Shown in pieces: positions 28,721 through 43,596 of a stretch of 64,000 bases of DNA. Source of the DNA: Marsupella aquatica (lineage: Eukaryota > Plantae > Marchantiophyta); the NCBI GenBank assembly GCA_973895155.1, contig OZ316892.1:8353251-8417250 (forward strand). The letters are read 5' to 3'. Under the pieces are notes generated by a model. The model made no database searches. It was not told the DNA's origin and worked only from the letters and a program-made list of their open reading frames with translations. The position numbers and the translations under genes were made by a program. Within the stretch, counting starts at the first letter, position 1. Each line of letters begins with the position of its first letter.

Positions 28721-31700
28721 TTATTTAGTTTTACAATGTGGAGCCAAAGGGTTTCTATCTATGCACATTTATTTTTTCAAACTTGCAAACAATTAAAAAT
28801 AACAAGCATTTGACATAAAACACTGATATATCATTGACAAACATCAGAATGGTAGCTTTATTTTACTAAATGATATCTCTTCTTTTGTATGCTGATTTTT
28901 TTTACGCTTAATACTTACGGCATGGCGCCCCAAAGATTACGTTGTTTTTGCCACAAACATGAATGTGCACTTTTGTTACTGTCAAAATTAGAATCTTTCC
29001 TGTTTCTGGCTGGTTGTGCTGATGTGGTGCAACCTCGTGACAGGGAATTTGCAAGGGACCTCTCATGGGGGTCCGTAAATACTCTATCATGTAAATTTTA
29101 CCATCATCACTTTCAATCTCCAAGCAATGTAGGTTAGCTCCTGTACATGTTAGCTTAACAAAGACATGTAATGTGCAGTTGAAAGTATCCACTTCATATT
29201 CAACTATCAAATCAAGGGGTGTGAGTGTGTCAACCCTCATTATTGGAATGTGGATTTCATGTACATACCTATATCATTTTCTTTCCTCCAAGTCCAAACT
29301 TGGGTGCCTCACTCAAAGGAAGTTCACATATCCCGCACAAAGTTTTTGGGTAATAAACTCCCTAAAACATAATAAATATAAGTTTTTTCTATTTTTACCC
29401 CTAATTTGGTATTGAAGAAACTCCTATAGTTTTTATAATTGTCGAAATTGGATTGAAATACCCTTAATGTTTTTCAGCAGAACTTTTAAAGTCTTTCGCC
29501 CAATCAAAACCCCTAATGTATTTGTGTGTGATGGGTTGGAAGAAAATAAGCTTTAGGGTTGAGGGTGAGTGAGGACCTCGGGATACCAAAGAAACGATTG
29601 AATATTAAGTGGATCCAAGTCTGTATCCAATCTCATATTCAAACTGTCAACTTCAAGCGTCAGATTGAGTTGAAGCTTGACCTTTTAGTTTAAATAACCC
29701 GCATCTCACTTAACACTAATTAAACTACTGATCACAACTCAAGGCTAACTTCTTTCCCACATATCTCACACTCTAGAGCCTGATTTACATTAATTTTCCA
29801 AAAGGCTAAAGTTTTGTAAAATTGAAAGGGACTGTCTGACTGACCCTTGTGAGCCCAGCTAAGTGCAATCAGTTGCTTAGCTCAACTGTCTTGCACGTAT
29901 AGTCTGATTGGACACCTAATTCACCCACTAGCTTAGCTCAACTGTCTTACACAGTGTTGCATGGGACCTAACAGTTGGGGTTGTTGGCATCCTAGTGGAT
30001 GATCACCAAATGTAATAAACATTTGAATGTTGGCTCTTTGGTATTCCTGGGGTTTTCCCTTGTTTTCTCCCCTTTGTTGGGTTTCCTGCCTTAGGGATCA
30101 TGTCTCCTCATTGGGTGCCAGTTTCTTTTTGGCAATGGAAAATAAAATGTTGAATGAGAGAATCTTAGAAAAGGGCAGTAGTCCCCAGGTCAAATGTGAC
30201 GGTAGCATCAGGGGTGCAATTATTATTTTTCTAAATGGACTTTTCTAAACATCAAATCAAATTATAATTGAGAAGATGAGAACAAGCGCATGCTCACCAA
30301 AATCTCAGGATGAGGATGCACTAAGTTTGAATACAAAGTGGAGATTCACTGTTGTCTTCAACCAATTGTGACTTCAAGCTCCTTCAGTTTGGACTTAGAG
30401 CAAAAAGGGATCCATAACTCTACGGTGGTATTCAAACTGAAAAATCAATGTAAGTGATCTTGCTCATCAAACTGATAGTTTAAACGAGTAAGTGGATACT
30501 TGGGTCTACTTTGATATTTAACTGCTGCTTGGCTCCCATCCCTGAGTCTTGGAGCTTGAGAAAACCTGGGATGCAAATCCTGGTTGATATTTAAACTGAA
30601 AAATCAAAGATCAACCCAATTTCACTCTTCAAATTGATAGTTGAATATTAAAGTGCATACTTTGGTATTTAGCTGTTCATTAGGGGTCCTTTACTTTTGA
30701 AATTATAGAAAAAAATCAGTTAAGTAACGAGTTTACATAGATTTCATCCTGGTGGCCAAAGTACACCCCTCCATTTCAGCAAAGCCTTCCTTTTGTGGAG
30801 AACGTGGAGAACTACTCATTTATTTCTAGCCAAAATCTTTGGGTGAACACGATAATCACTCATCGGTGCTGATTCTCATTCCACCTCTATTTTTTAATAA
30901 GGGTACCTCGTTTCTGAAATCCGTGGAGGCCTTGAATACCATATTGATACGGTATCGAAACCAACTTCAATAAAATATCCACCCTCGTTCCGTACAATAT
31001 ATGAGCATCTCTAAGATTGAGTAGATGTTTGGAGATGTGTTTTGGAGATATGAGAGAATGGGGCAAAATGATTGGTGGTCAATCAGACGATCACCCAGCC
31101 AGTGGCCCTTAGGGTACCACCTTCAGAGCAGGAGGTCAGCTCACATAAGGTGAGATCATCGGACGACGGGCAGACATCCACATGATTGATTTGACCAAAC
31201 TAACGTGGCGAATTCTGTGAAATCGAGAATCCAGCTGATTGGTGGCAGACGGCAGACAATCTACTGTGGAATCACAATCTGGCTGACTGACATAACTGGA
31301 AAATGAGAACCCACTTTGTGAATGAATGGAAGCTCTTGCTGTGAATCCCCTTATCGATACCTTTTCATAGCTGCATGCACGAATTTAAAATCGAGACTAG
31401 ATTGTTGGCATTTGACAGTAGACTTGAGCAGCTGGGTTGTTGACCGGCAGGATTCACCTTGAGTCCATGAAACCAGATCAGAGAATAATGCAGCGTGAAT
31501 CAGACTTGAAGTCACTCAAGTAGATGCATGTTTTATTTTATCAGCTTCAGGGTGATGGACCCAACAGATGTCATTAATAGAATTAAGCAGGACCCTGACT
31601 ACAGTTGTCACATTGTCACATCTCAAGGAGACAATTGCACAGGGTTGGCAAACTTTCTCGACAGCAAGAATGGCACTTCACCTAATGGGCGGTGCTGCCC

Positions 31701-34106
31701 TCCCACCTGGCCTTGTGCAGCACCCATATTCACCAACTCTTGTTCGATCCTCAAGGTGGCATTAATGCTTGCATGAAAACACAGAGACACCAAGCGAGAT
31801 CACTGGAGCATAACTGAGAAAATCACTTATTTGGCCTGCCAATTTTTGCCACCAAAGATCCTCTGACGGTCGGAAACTTCCTGTGCGACCCAAAAGACTG
31901 AGGCTATGAGTAGACAGAAACTCACAGAAGCAGCACAACCAAACCTCACTAGCCCAAGTTTCTCACGTGCATTATTCCCATCCGCTGGGCCAAAAGGTCT
32001 GTCGCAATTGTAAGTCCACTATATTCTTCCCCGCAGGAAGAATGCCCTCACCATGTGTGACATGCGTTTAGTGTGGCTACATAACTAACTTCTTGCCGTT
32101 GAGTAGCCCCTCCTAGGTTCTGTTGCATCTGCACTTTATAGCTCAATCACCAAGTTCTGTCAGTGAATCACAGTTGAGGGCCATGTGTTGATGACCGTCA
32201 AAAGCCAGATCAAGAGTTGTATTCTAACAACCAGGCAGTCATCAGATTGGAACATCTGGTATCAGTCCATACCTAGCTGGACCACAGCGTTTGGCTGAGT
32301 CACTTCCTCCGTGTTTCCTACAACGCCAGTTGAAATTCCTGAGAGTAGCAAAATTAGAGCAACAAATCTACATGCCCCGCTTCCCTCAGAATAATTTAGC
32401 GCGGTTCCAGACTTCCCTCAAGCAACGAAAACTCCGTCGGTTGACGATTCTGAGCTACAATGTGATGACACACGGTGGAAGAATTGCCTACAAGTAGTGT
32501 TCAACTTCTAGTGTTCAACTTGAAGGGCAGTTCTCCAATGCCGCTCGTCCTTAATCTATGCGCATGTATGAACAACTTAGGGGGAAACGATCATCCGATG
32601 CTAGTACAACTGGCTACCAAATTCAGTATTACAAGTATACAACGAAAAACAGGACACAAACTTCTAGACTCGATGAGCTTACTCTCTCGATCAGCGGCAG
32701 ATTGTCGTATGTACACTCTACTAACACTCGGGAAAACGTGACTTATCTTGACCGTCTCCAGATTGCAGTCAGCTACTTCGAAACGCATCCAGATTTTTAT
32801 AAACCTCGATGTTTAGCCACAAACTTATTTTTGCGACAAAACCAACTTTAGCGTCTTATACAAAACCAGCTCTCAAATATGTATGTTACTAGCCAAACAT
32901 GAGCAATTTCTGCAGCTGCAAAAATAGGAACGACGCAGGCAAAAAAGGCAACAAAGGAACGCTTGGACATTTTAGTCATTGCATCGGAGGATCTGTGAAT
33001 TTCGGTGGCCTGCACTGTGAGCTGATTCTTAAAGAGAGAAGATGACTCGAAAATAGGTCCCAACAAGGACCTTCGAGATAACATTTCTGGTACAGCACAT
33101 GGCCACTTAATATAATAAATGACTATGAAATGCGGAACCTGTCGGTAAACATGATCACTTTCTAACTCTCGGTTGCATATTGAATAAATAAAATTGGCCT
33201 CCAATTTAGCTCCATTAATTTGGGGGAATGCCTGATAGTCTAGGTTCGAGGCTATGCTATCCTGACCTTCACGGAACCACAAATCTAAACACCAGGCTCA
33301 GTACGACTCAGTACGTGATTCAGGTAGAGAATCTTTGCCGGTTCGCTAGCCCACGAATATATCGGATGCAGCTGAACATCGCTATCGAATAGTCTGAAAG
33401 GTCGAGAGCAGCTGAACATCGCTCCTATCTTTAGAGGCACGAGCCTTAATTTCAAACATAACCTGTTCTCAATAGCTGGTGGAAAAAGTGCCCACTGTGC
33501 GAAGGTTACACCTTCTGCAGCCCCTGACGGCCTGGCCCAAAACCGGCTGACGATGAATAAGCTCACCACAGCTGGCCAAAGTAGTAATCTAATTTATAGC
33601 CCAGGGGCTAATAACTGCCAAGCTACGCTCAGGAGCACATGTTCCTGTACAAGACATTGCGTCGGCCTTGATCTGTCTGTCTAGAGGCCGAGTCTTTAGA
33701 GGTGAGTTACCAAAGCGCATTGGGGATTGCTGATATGATTTAACTGTAACTTGCAAGTAGATATATCCCTGTACAAATACTTGGTGCAGCATGTCCTATC
33801 CCGCCCCTCCGATGGTGGCTGCTGGTGCTTTTGAACACTCCCGCCGTATACCTTGTCGGGACAACTTCATCGTTTCGACCTCAGTGGCACTCAATCAACT
33901 GGAAGCACGCGGTTAGTGCCCACCTCGCCGACAAAATCGTCAGCTTCGTTACCAGCGCGAAGGCCCCGGCGACCGACGCATCAATTATGAGTCGTTCTCC
34001 AGTTGGAATTCGATCTGTAATGAAGCTCTCTGACAGGACTTTGTGGTAAGGATTGAGCTTCGAGACAGACAGAATTGAGTTCAAACGTCCATTCCCGGTG
34101 ATGAAG

Positions 34107-37100
34107 TTATTTGCTCTGTAGTCTAGTACTTGTAAATATATATTGGGCATAGATCCTTTGCCGGTTGTGTTCCCACCATGCAGCAGCTTCTCCCTCAGAG
34201 AATTTGTCACGGCTACATGCAGTAAACACCCACGCCACACTTAGGAAATATTGACTATCATTAGGCCCAACAACAAAATAGCTAGATAAAAGAGAATGCC
34301 CGTTCCAGCAAGACGTCAAAGATAGCACAAGTACCAGCGACAGCAGACTGGGAAGGGCCCCTAAACCTCGTAGAAGATTATACAAATAAGAAACCACAAT
34401 CAACCAGGAAAGTTACAGCCGAAGATGAGCAAGCTAAAGGAAAACACAAGGATAAAGAGATCCGGTGGTACCTAAATCGTACTCTTTTGAGCTGCTTGCC
34501 AACTCCTGGAACGGTGATTATTGTAAGATAGACTCCGGTCTCATCTTGTTCAATCCACGAGTTACAAGGAGGCCCACCGGTTTCAGAGTCACTGTCTTTG
34601 AGCCTGGCATCAGCCGAAGACCTGCGTCTCGTAAGTAGATAATCTCCTCCGCTGTAGGACGAGCCCGGACTCTTGCTGTAGGCGTCAGGAGTAACGTAGC
34701 CTGAGGAAAACCTCTGTATCCAGGACATTCTGTTAAAATTCGTTTTCGCTCGGTCTGGTCGGCAAAAGACAGGACAATTGAGAAGTACACTTTTGTACGT
34801 GACACGGTCCCACCTCATCCAGGCAAGTAGAAACGGATATTCAATGAATTGGTAGCCTACTCAGCTCGACAAAGTAATTGCAAGCCAGTTTCCTGACATT
34901 GTCTGCAATAACAATCAAGTTGTGCGTCGCTACGAAATTGCTGTGCGAGATTGGCGGGACAATATGATCAGCATCATGACACAGATTTCCGGAAATCTCG
35001 AAACTATGGAGGTACCGGTATGATACCATGCCAGAGCGGTGATCGAATCGCTACGTTGGTTGAATGGGAAGTACAAATTATTTCCATCATGTCCAATTGG
35101 GGGTGATGGAAGAATGAACCAAAAACAAAACAACTCACATCATCATCTGTCGAAGCCGAATATGGACAACGAACATTATATAAAGCTCGGACCCTCGGGC
35201 AGTTTTCCGTCCACCAATTTTCGGCGTGTTGCTTGCTGAATATTGCGCGGCTGCAAAGTTACAAACACAAGAATTGAGTCCCAATCTGAAAAGAAGAATG
35301 ATGGCATTGGCCACACATGATGCGGAATATTTTCGACATCGGCTGCTTCCTAATTGTAACGAGCATGACGGCCGCATGCTCCAGATGTGGAACGAGCATG
35401 ACAAAAGCATAGGCCAGATAGGTGATCCAGAGGAAAGGATCACAAAAGTTCACAAATGTTCCTCGTCTCGTCGAGCTACGAATCACGACCAATGTTGAAG
35501 GTTTGAGGGTTAGAGCCATGCGATCCACCTGAATTTAATACGCTTGAGGTCGTTCAAACCATCAGGTGCTGTGCTGAACGTGATATACACTCCTGGTTCG
35601 ACTTGGGCCACCCACTCGCTGCTGTAGACTCTGTACGTGGACCCTCCGTGATCGACTTTGACTTCGCCTTCTCTTTTCTCCGGACCGGCATCTGCAAAAT
35701 TCTTGTGCAGTGACCTGAGTGCTTTGGGAGACGCTTGAACTGGGTAAAATTGATTCTCCGAGTCCCCATTCAAGTCTTGACGAGGAGGCGTCCGGCCATT
35801 CATCTGATAGCTCTTCAGCGAGAACTGCGGGCTGTGCATCTCGCCTGTGGCAGGATGGGCAGGAAAACTCTCATCCTGGAGCTCACTTGGAACCGCCGTC
35901 CCGCACCCTGGCTTGCAATACTTGGACAGGGATCGTCCTGCAAGTCGGGAGGCCATCTGCTTGAACTGCAGCAACGAGAAATACATAAGCCTCACATATG
36001 CGGACAAGTGAAAACCAATCATGATACAACAAAATCGAAATGAGAACGTTGCATGGTTGCTTCCACCACAACGCGATCTAACCCAATTTTCCAGAACACT
36101 CGATGGTCCGGAACACTGTAGTTTCAATTCCTGCTCCCATGGATAGTACTGAAGGGTAGCACCCCGCTATCAACCGCTCCCGGCTCCGAAACAGAAGCGC
36201 CTCCATTCATGAAGCGATATGGGGCGTGATGCATGACTAGGCTTTGCCAGCGACGAAGATTTATCGATCAGATGAGTCTTCCACACAGCACAACGGAGTC
36301 ATTCACCTGATTTGTTCTCCATGAAAACTTGAAACATGTCGAACCATAGTGCTGCTGGCCGATGATCAAGTCCTGTACCATGTCCGCGACAGTGCTGAGC
36401 ACGTCTCGCGGGCGAGAGGAGTTCAAAATTGTGAAGAAACTCCCTCACGTTTTCCTCACCCACGGGCGAGAAGAGGCTTGGCAGTGTAAGGACTCTCCAA
36501 CTCACACCGTCTTCCTGTCACACGCAGATTCTCCCTCTACACGGGCGAGGCGAGAGGAAGGTTGACGATGCCTATTGACACTCACACACCCCGAAAGCGA
36601 GAGGAGATTTGACATTGTGCACGCACAAAACTCGCGCATCCGCTGTCCCCACAGACTCGTCGACGTATAGAAGTTCCCTCACGTTGCCCAGAACTAGAAC
36701 CCGAAAATAATATTAGCTCGAAACATCGTGACATCGACCATACTAAACGACAATTCGATCTCCGATAGATGCGGGGTCAAGGGAATGCAATTATTCACTG
36801 TTTGAAGTTGATTCCCTCAAGACATTCCCCCCAAAATAAATGACGTAACGCCCGGGGGTAGAGTTCAAACAAAGGTAAGGTCGAGACATCTACTTTAGAA
36901 AACGGCCGGGGGGTAAGGTAGTGTGTTACAGAACAATGCCGTGGAAACAGGGCGTTACTATATGCATTCGTTCTAGCACTTCCATGGCTCGTGCGTTTCT
37001 CTCCCCGTCCATAAGATACGTACTTACAAATACACCTGCTCATCGTCACAACTAAATGCAAGAAAAGAGCTTGCAGCAAATGGAGGAACCGGCCAACACA

Positions 37101-37215
37101 CCTGACACGTGAAAAAGCTGCCGTTGCCATGCTTCGATGGCTCCTCCTCGGCTTTAGTCTTGCCTTCTTGCACATCAACCGTCTTTGAACACACTGGTGA
37201 TAGACAAGCCAGCAT
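34107..37215 (-). CDS. BRXL: BREVIS RADIX-like protein (N-terminal Cys motif + two BRX domains), 336 aa
   Basis: Exons 37215-37102, 35965-35529, 35250-35139, 34713-34472, 34212-34107 (1011 nt, in frame, GT-AG). Motifs MLACLSPVC, QFKQMASRLAG, EWVAQVEPGVYITF..NDLKRIKFSRAIFSKQHAENWWTEN, WIEQDETGVYLTI..KQLKRVRFSRDKFSEGEAAAWWEHNRQRIYAQY. Confidence 0.95.
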
Positions 37216-40200
37216 CGGGCCACTATCGGTCAGAGAAAGTTGGTACTTTCGTAGAATATCTTGCAGACGATTTTTCTTTCAGTTTCCACTCTTCAGCCTC
37301 GCAAAAAGCCGGATGACGCGATTTGTGTTGTTTCAAATTGCGAGATTAGGGTCGATAGAGACGCCTTTGCCTCTGACGTCACCGTCTTCTCAACCTGCCT
37401 TGCTCAATTCCTATCTACTGCAGCTCTAGCTCCCGCTCTTCTTCCCATTATCCAACCTCGCTTCCTAACGATGCGTTCCCGCTCCGAGTCCTGTCAAAGA
37501 CCGTACCAAACCTATCGTTGTACTTTTCCTTTTCTTCCCAACCAAAAGCTATGCGGACATGTGGTCGAAGTGGACCAAACGAAGAGTGTTCTCGCCGTCG
37601 TATGTTCGGAGACTGTTCAGCTGAGCGAGCTCGCAAGCAATCGATGATCCTGGTACCGGTTGTGGCAAGTTTAGTGAGTCGTCAACAACAGACTGAGCTG
37701 TACCGACATAGGGGAGAGGTCCTTGTCTCGATTCAATCTAACCAACTTTGCGGATCGTCAGCGGTGACGTGCGTGAAAGTCGGCCTCCGTGAGCTTCAAT
37801 TGTTCACTTGATTGATGCGGCAGTTCGGGGACATCGGGCATCTCTGGCGTCACGATACTGCTGATGCTCCTCTTCAATGCGACTATCGTTGCGTCGGCAC
37901 TGCTGAATTCTCTGATGAGTCGGGCAGGCAACTCATTATGCCACTGGATATCCACCTCGGTGTCCCTCCCTCTCACACACAACAACATCAGCGGCTTGAT
38001 TCAGTGCCTATCATATATTGTAATTAAATATGATGGGAGAGTTCACTGTTCACCGTAGATTGGTTTCGTCAGCCCTTCCAAAGGATCATCCTGTACGCGT
38101 CGTATCCTTCTAACTGGACCTGATCTTCGCTCAACTTGCACAAGCCAGTTCGCATGAAGAACTTGTCCAGTGACCTCCGCTGCGCACCATTGACTGCACA
38201 CCAGTATATCAATTACGTTCATCCACGACGGGAGTTGTACTCTGCACCCCGCTACGGGTGTATCTCTCACTACTGACTTAAAATCATCAAACTCTAAGAG
38301 CGAATAAGCGCGTCTACGCGCTCAGTCTCTTCCTCACCTGACTCCCAGGATCGCATGCACCTAGCAGCGGTGGTTTAAAGCCATGTGATTTCACATAATC
38401 GCTCTGCGACTATTCATTCCCACACGCTCCCCTCTGCATTAACTGATTCGCCTCTTGCTCTTAACTCCCCTGATCGTAGAGGAACATTCGTTCTACCAAT
38501 CCTTTCGCCTGAACATCGACGGGACCCGTCGAACAAAGCGCACTCTCGCACAAATTCCCCCCCAGATCAGCACATTTGCTCACTTTGTCGCAGTTCTGGC
38601 CCCTGGCGCAACTCCAGTCTCGCGAAGCACTCGCTGGTAGTCTGGTACACAAATAAATTCAAACCTTCAACTCCCTCCTACCTGGTCCATCAGTTCGTCT
38701 GCCTGTCTGTCCGACTGTTCGTACTTCTGCCACCACCCACGCCAGACAGGGGACAAAGGAACTTGCGCAAGAATTTCTCGCAGTCTCGCAGCAGCAGTGA
38801 GGACATGAACAGTAAAGATGAACACCTCGACTCGCACAGAAGTTCTCCCTTTCGCGACCTATGCACGGATCTCTGTCTCCTCGTGCTTCCTCCTTATCTC
38901 CCTCTTACAACATCATCTACAACTCACACAGAATGATTCCTGCCTGCTGCCTGCTGGGTCCTCCAGGACAACCTCTTGTCCATCCCTGTTCAGCATTCAC
39001 TGTTCTCTCTCCGTGGAGCTATTCCTCCCAACCTCATGCGGGTTCCTTTTATATGCCAGATCCCAGCGGCTCCACTATTCCCTCCCGATTTAAATTCATT
39101 CCCATCTCCACTGTTCTCCATCGCTCTGTCATCAACACACCTCCAGTCAGATTCATGAATTTTCAACACACTCATCACTCATGTACGAGGTCAACTAGTT
39201 AGGCACATTGTAGGTTGCGCATAATTCCAACTCCCCCTTCTCTATCAATGGACTTCATGCACTGCTGCGAGAGGCAATTCGATCCGCCAACTACTTTTCT
39301 CCGCACCCCCCATCGCCCATTCTTGGCCGGCGTTCTCCTCGACCAAATCGCCAGCACGCAAAAAAGCAGAGCCCAGAGAAGTCCGCACTCCAGACCAGAC
39401 AGGGAGACAGGGCAATGCGATGCACAAGACGGGCGTAGGCAGGTAACCCGGTACCAGTACCGGTGCGGCCGGTACCCGGTCCAAACGCGACCCATCCCGT
39501 ACGGGAAGATATCTTGTTACAATGTTACAGCTAACGACAAAGCCGACACAACCAAAAAGGCAGACTACGGAGGAGACGACGCAGAACAACACGACGACAA
39601 GCGTCTCTACTGGACTCATACTGTACTGTATAGTAGGAGGATAGTAGGAGTCGAGAAATAGACATGCGTTGCCAGAATACTCGCTGCTGATATGGCTTTC
39701 GGAGTTTGAAAGCTCTACATCGGCGACGTCCGTTCCTAGTTTTACGGCAGAGATCGGACTGTTTTTGAATACGAGGCAGAACGATTCCTTCCGCATTTGT
39801 TAAATTAATCTTTTATATCATTGAACACTCTCAAAACTCGAGCTGAAAAATAATAATTAGACATCATTGTACGGTCTCTAGATACGGTCGAACGTGATAT
39901 CAGTTTCATGTCGTGATCGGTTGCCCGTATAGTACCTGCTGACATGGCCATTTCAAAGTCACCTTGGCGGCGTCCACTCCAGGTTTTACGGCTGAGATCA
40001 GACCGATTTTGATTTTGATAATAAAACAGGAACATGCCTTCCACATTTGTTGAATAAACCCTCAAACCTCGAAAGCAAAAATAATACAAAGACGCGGTTA
40101 CACGGTTAGGATATAAGGGTATTACGCACAGTTTCTTGTCCAGACATCTAGTTGATTTGAGGGTTTAACTAGGGCATGGTTCCATTGGCCTAGAGTGAGG

Positions 40201-40503
40201 AGTAGGGAAGCCTGTCAGAATATTTGAGCCAATAATCTTGCATCTCTTGCAGGAACTAAGGGGCATAAGACTACCGTAGTAGGGATTATAATTTTCCCTC
40301 ACATCCAGTTAAACTCCAAGGGTAGCAGGCCATTCTCATTGGCTCTCAAGTCCAAATCAGTAGCTGTAGGGAGTCCATACATTTTGAATACTCTGTTTAA
40401 GGATACATGGTTATGAGGTGAGAGGAAAGGATCTACAAGAGTTGGAGAAACTCATATTAGATTTCATTAGCCTGATTGTCACTAGCCTGATTGTCAGTTC
40501 TTT

Positions 40504-40849
40504 GAACATAAAGAAATAGAGGTGAGTACATTCAAGAGTGTTGCTAGTTCTTCAAATTTACATTTGATAGGGGTCTCAAACCTCAGAACAAAAACTTGAC
40601 GTACCATAAGTATGAGGTAAAGGTTATGAATTACCAAATTCAAAATCCAAATTCTTTTTGCCATGAAGAATGATTAGAACATAAAGAAATAGAGGTGAGT
40701 ACATTCAAGAGTGTTGCTAGTTCTTCAAATTTACATTTGATAGGGGCCTCAAACCTCAGAACAAAAACTTGGCGTACCATAAGTATGAGGTTAAGGTTAT
40801 GAATTACCAAATTCAAAATCCAAATTCTTTTCGCCATGAAGAATGATTA
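40504..40849. repeat. Near-perfect tandem duplication, 2 x 173 bp
   Basis: gaacataaagaaatagaggtgag... at 40504 and 40677 with only a few substitutions. Confidence 0.92.
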
Positions 40850-43596
40850 TAGACCATACATTAAGTCACTCTAGAGGCTAGTTGACAAGAACTAAGAAAA
40901 AAATCCTTTAAAACTTTGGAAAAGTTACAACCATTGCTTTATGGCCAACAGCTAACTATGAAGCTTTGAGATCTGCTAATTGGTCTCCAATGCATGTGAT
41001 GTGTCATTTTCAGGGACTCGTGCATTTTCAGGGACTCATGCACTGTACCGCAAATTGCTGTTTGCAACCTGGACTCCAGGACTTCAGTCATGCCCCCAAA
41101 GTCATGGTCTGGAGGCTTCACCCTACATTGTAGACCTTCAACAGTGTTGCATGGCGATTAAATAGTTTGATATGTGCGCCAGGCAGAAGGAGAGGGTATA
41201 ATTATCACTAAGTGAATATTAGATTTGGCAGAGTGATAGCAAAATCAAATAGTAACTTTAGCATAGGCAGAAAATAAAGGCGGTATTGCCTTACTATCTG
41301 TGAAATCAATATGGGCTGTACAATAGATATCCTGTTAATTAAACATCAAAATGTGACAAATAGACAATATACTATGCCACTCCATATCATGATAAAAGCA
41401 ATTGTTCTGTTTAATCACTGAGCGTTATAATTCTACACACATCTTGACATCTGGCTGTTAGTTTTTGATATGCATTTATCAGGACTCTTACAACAGTGCT
41501 TGTTGTAATCTACTTTTTTTAGCAATTCCAGAGTTTATACTTATTGCCTTGCAGAGTTTGAGTATCTTCGGGGAGTTTCACCGGGGGAGCCAGGTCAGGT
41601 CACTGCCCCATTCAAGTTTTCAAGAGGTTTCTAAACAGCTCAGCTACCCAAAACAATTCCAACTAGTCTTACAGTTGCATTGAGTTTACATTCCTTTGTA
41701 TTGCTCCATCATTTCTACGCATGATGCCAATTAACTTTTTCATTTCTTTCCCAACACACAGTGTAAGACTGATAAAACTGATCATGTTTATTTTCTAGGC
41801 GCAATGCCTGTTGTTTTAGTTGTTGCTAACTGTTACATAGGATTTTGCTGGCTTGTGAATATAATAATGAGTTGTGAATTGGCTATAAACCAAGTTTGGG
41901 GATTTAGCCAATTTGAATATGTAATTGTATAAGTACTAGGCACTGTACTATAAGTGTACTTTTGTTCACCATCTCGTCTTTGTCCACAGAACAGACAACT
42001 CAGAATCAATGTTAAATCAAGGAAGTAGTCTGTATCAAGTAAGAGTGGCCGAAAGGAAAGTGATGTCAAAACATCTGTTACTAATTCATGCAATATCAAC
42101 TGGAAGTCAACTTAGGTGGTATAGCATTGCCCTGGTGATAGTAGTGATAACAGTTGCTGCAATCCTTGGTTGTGTTCATCCTATCCTAAGTAAGTCTGCT
42201 CTTGGCAACTCCAGCTTTGTTACTGTCTTCGCTTCCTGCATTTGACAACTTTTGCTTCGTCTATGGTTGCCTCTCAGTTGGTTAAAATACTGATTACATT
42301 GCAAAACCCCAAAACATTACTCCAACGCAATATGTAGCTAGGAATCTGGTCAACATGATTCCTGCCCCTATTATCAACCACACGAGAATGTTTTTGCCAT
42401 GGACTTGATCAATATACAACCAAAATGTCAACCATCATACAATCATGCCTTTTTTCAACATCTCTAAACTTTTTATGGTAAATTAAGGGCCCCCTAATAT
42501 CTCCTTGTAGTTAGATCTGCCCTGTATGGATGTTCTTTGAAAAACTATGCTTTGGAGTCACAATGAGAAAGAAGAAAATGTTTTGTATTTGGTTAGTGAA
42601 TAAATACTGGTGAAGTCAATCCCCTAAAAAATGTTTTCAAAATATTCTTATTCAAAGCTTTTGCAGGATTACTATTCTTCCGCGTCCCTCAGTTTCCCTA
42701 TTATTGGTCAGAACATGTTAAACTAACACTGTTACACTAGCAAGGAGAGCAAGGAGGCTTGAGGGAGAGAGGTACGCCTCCTCATACACCCTACGCTGAA
42801 AGTCCCTATTGTTGCCAGATCTTTACATCTTTTTTTTTGTCTAAGATGGGAAAGAAGGGATGCAATACCCTGTCCTATACAAGAGCCACCCAACGGGCCT
42901 CAAGTCTAGCAAGAGAACCCTGTCAATTGATTCCACAAAAATGCAGGGACACAACACGGTCCAAAAGTCTAACATGGGATGATGAATGACATCATGTTTA
43001 GCACCGTCCCCTTCCAACCTCCCACCTTGCATCTTAGGCCTCTCAAGCTTCACAACAGGTCCAGTAGCACAAAGAGGTTGTCTCGTCTATGGATCCAAAG
43101 GCTTAGCTATTGACTATGGGTCCTTGGCGCATAGCAAACTACCACCTCTCAAGGATACTGTCCCTCAGGATGAGCTTTGGAAGCCAACCAACCTCCCCAT
43201 ACTTCCACTTAGATTTTTAACTTAAGGCTTTCCCCATCAGTAACCAGCTTACTAGCCCGGGTAGCTAATTGAAGGGGATCGTCAACTTGATTACACACTC
43301 TTTGAAGGCCAAGTGAGGGTACATCCCTCATACATGTTTTAAAAACCTGTTACCCTTGACCAACTTTGGTCTCTTGGGCTTGGCCCCCAACCGGAGGGCT
43401 TGGAGGTTAGTTGAACCTGCACTCTTATGTGCACTTTGGCATCAGAATGCTGATTAGGGCAGGATGTATGGCACACACATGAGATTGACTCAGATAACAC
43501 TGTTTATACTTTTGATTGAACTGTGTCCTTACCATTTGAAGCCCGTTACAATTATATTATTGAACCAATTTCCTAGGTAACTTGTCGACTTGACCA

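Noticed and set aside
31528-31776. Cys-rich 82-aa ORF
   Set aside because: No signal peptide or known motif; an ORF of this length is expected by chance.
32251-32265. aaca-tc-tggtatcag, a PBS-like junction
   Set aside because: Only a 9-nt match; no partner LTR or gag sequence follows.
38385-39796. Several 100-180 aa ORFs upstream of BRXL
   Set aside because: Overlapping on both strands with no recognisable domain; more consistent with GC-rich UTR/promoter DNA.
40980-42245. Possible small spliced gene with a C-terminal hydrophobic helix
   Set aside because: No consistent exon chain or recognisable family could be built.
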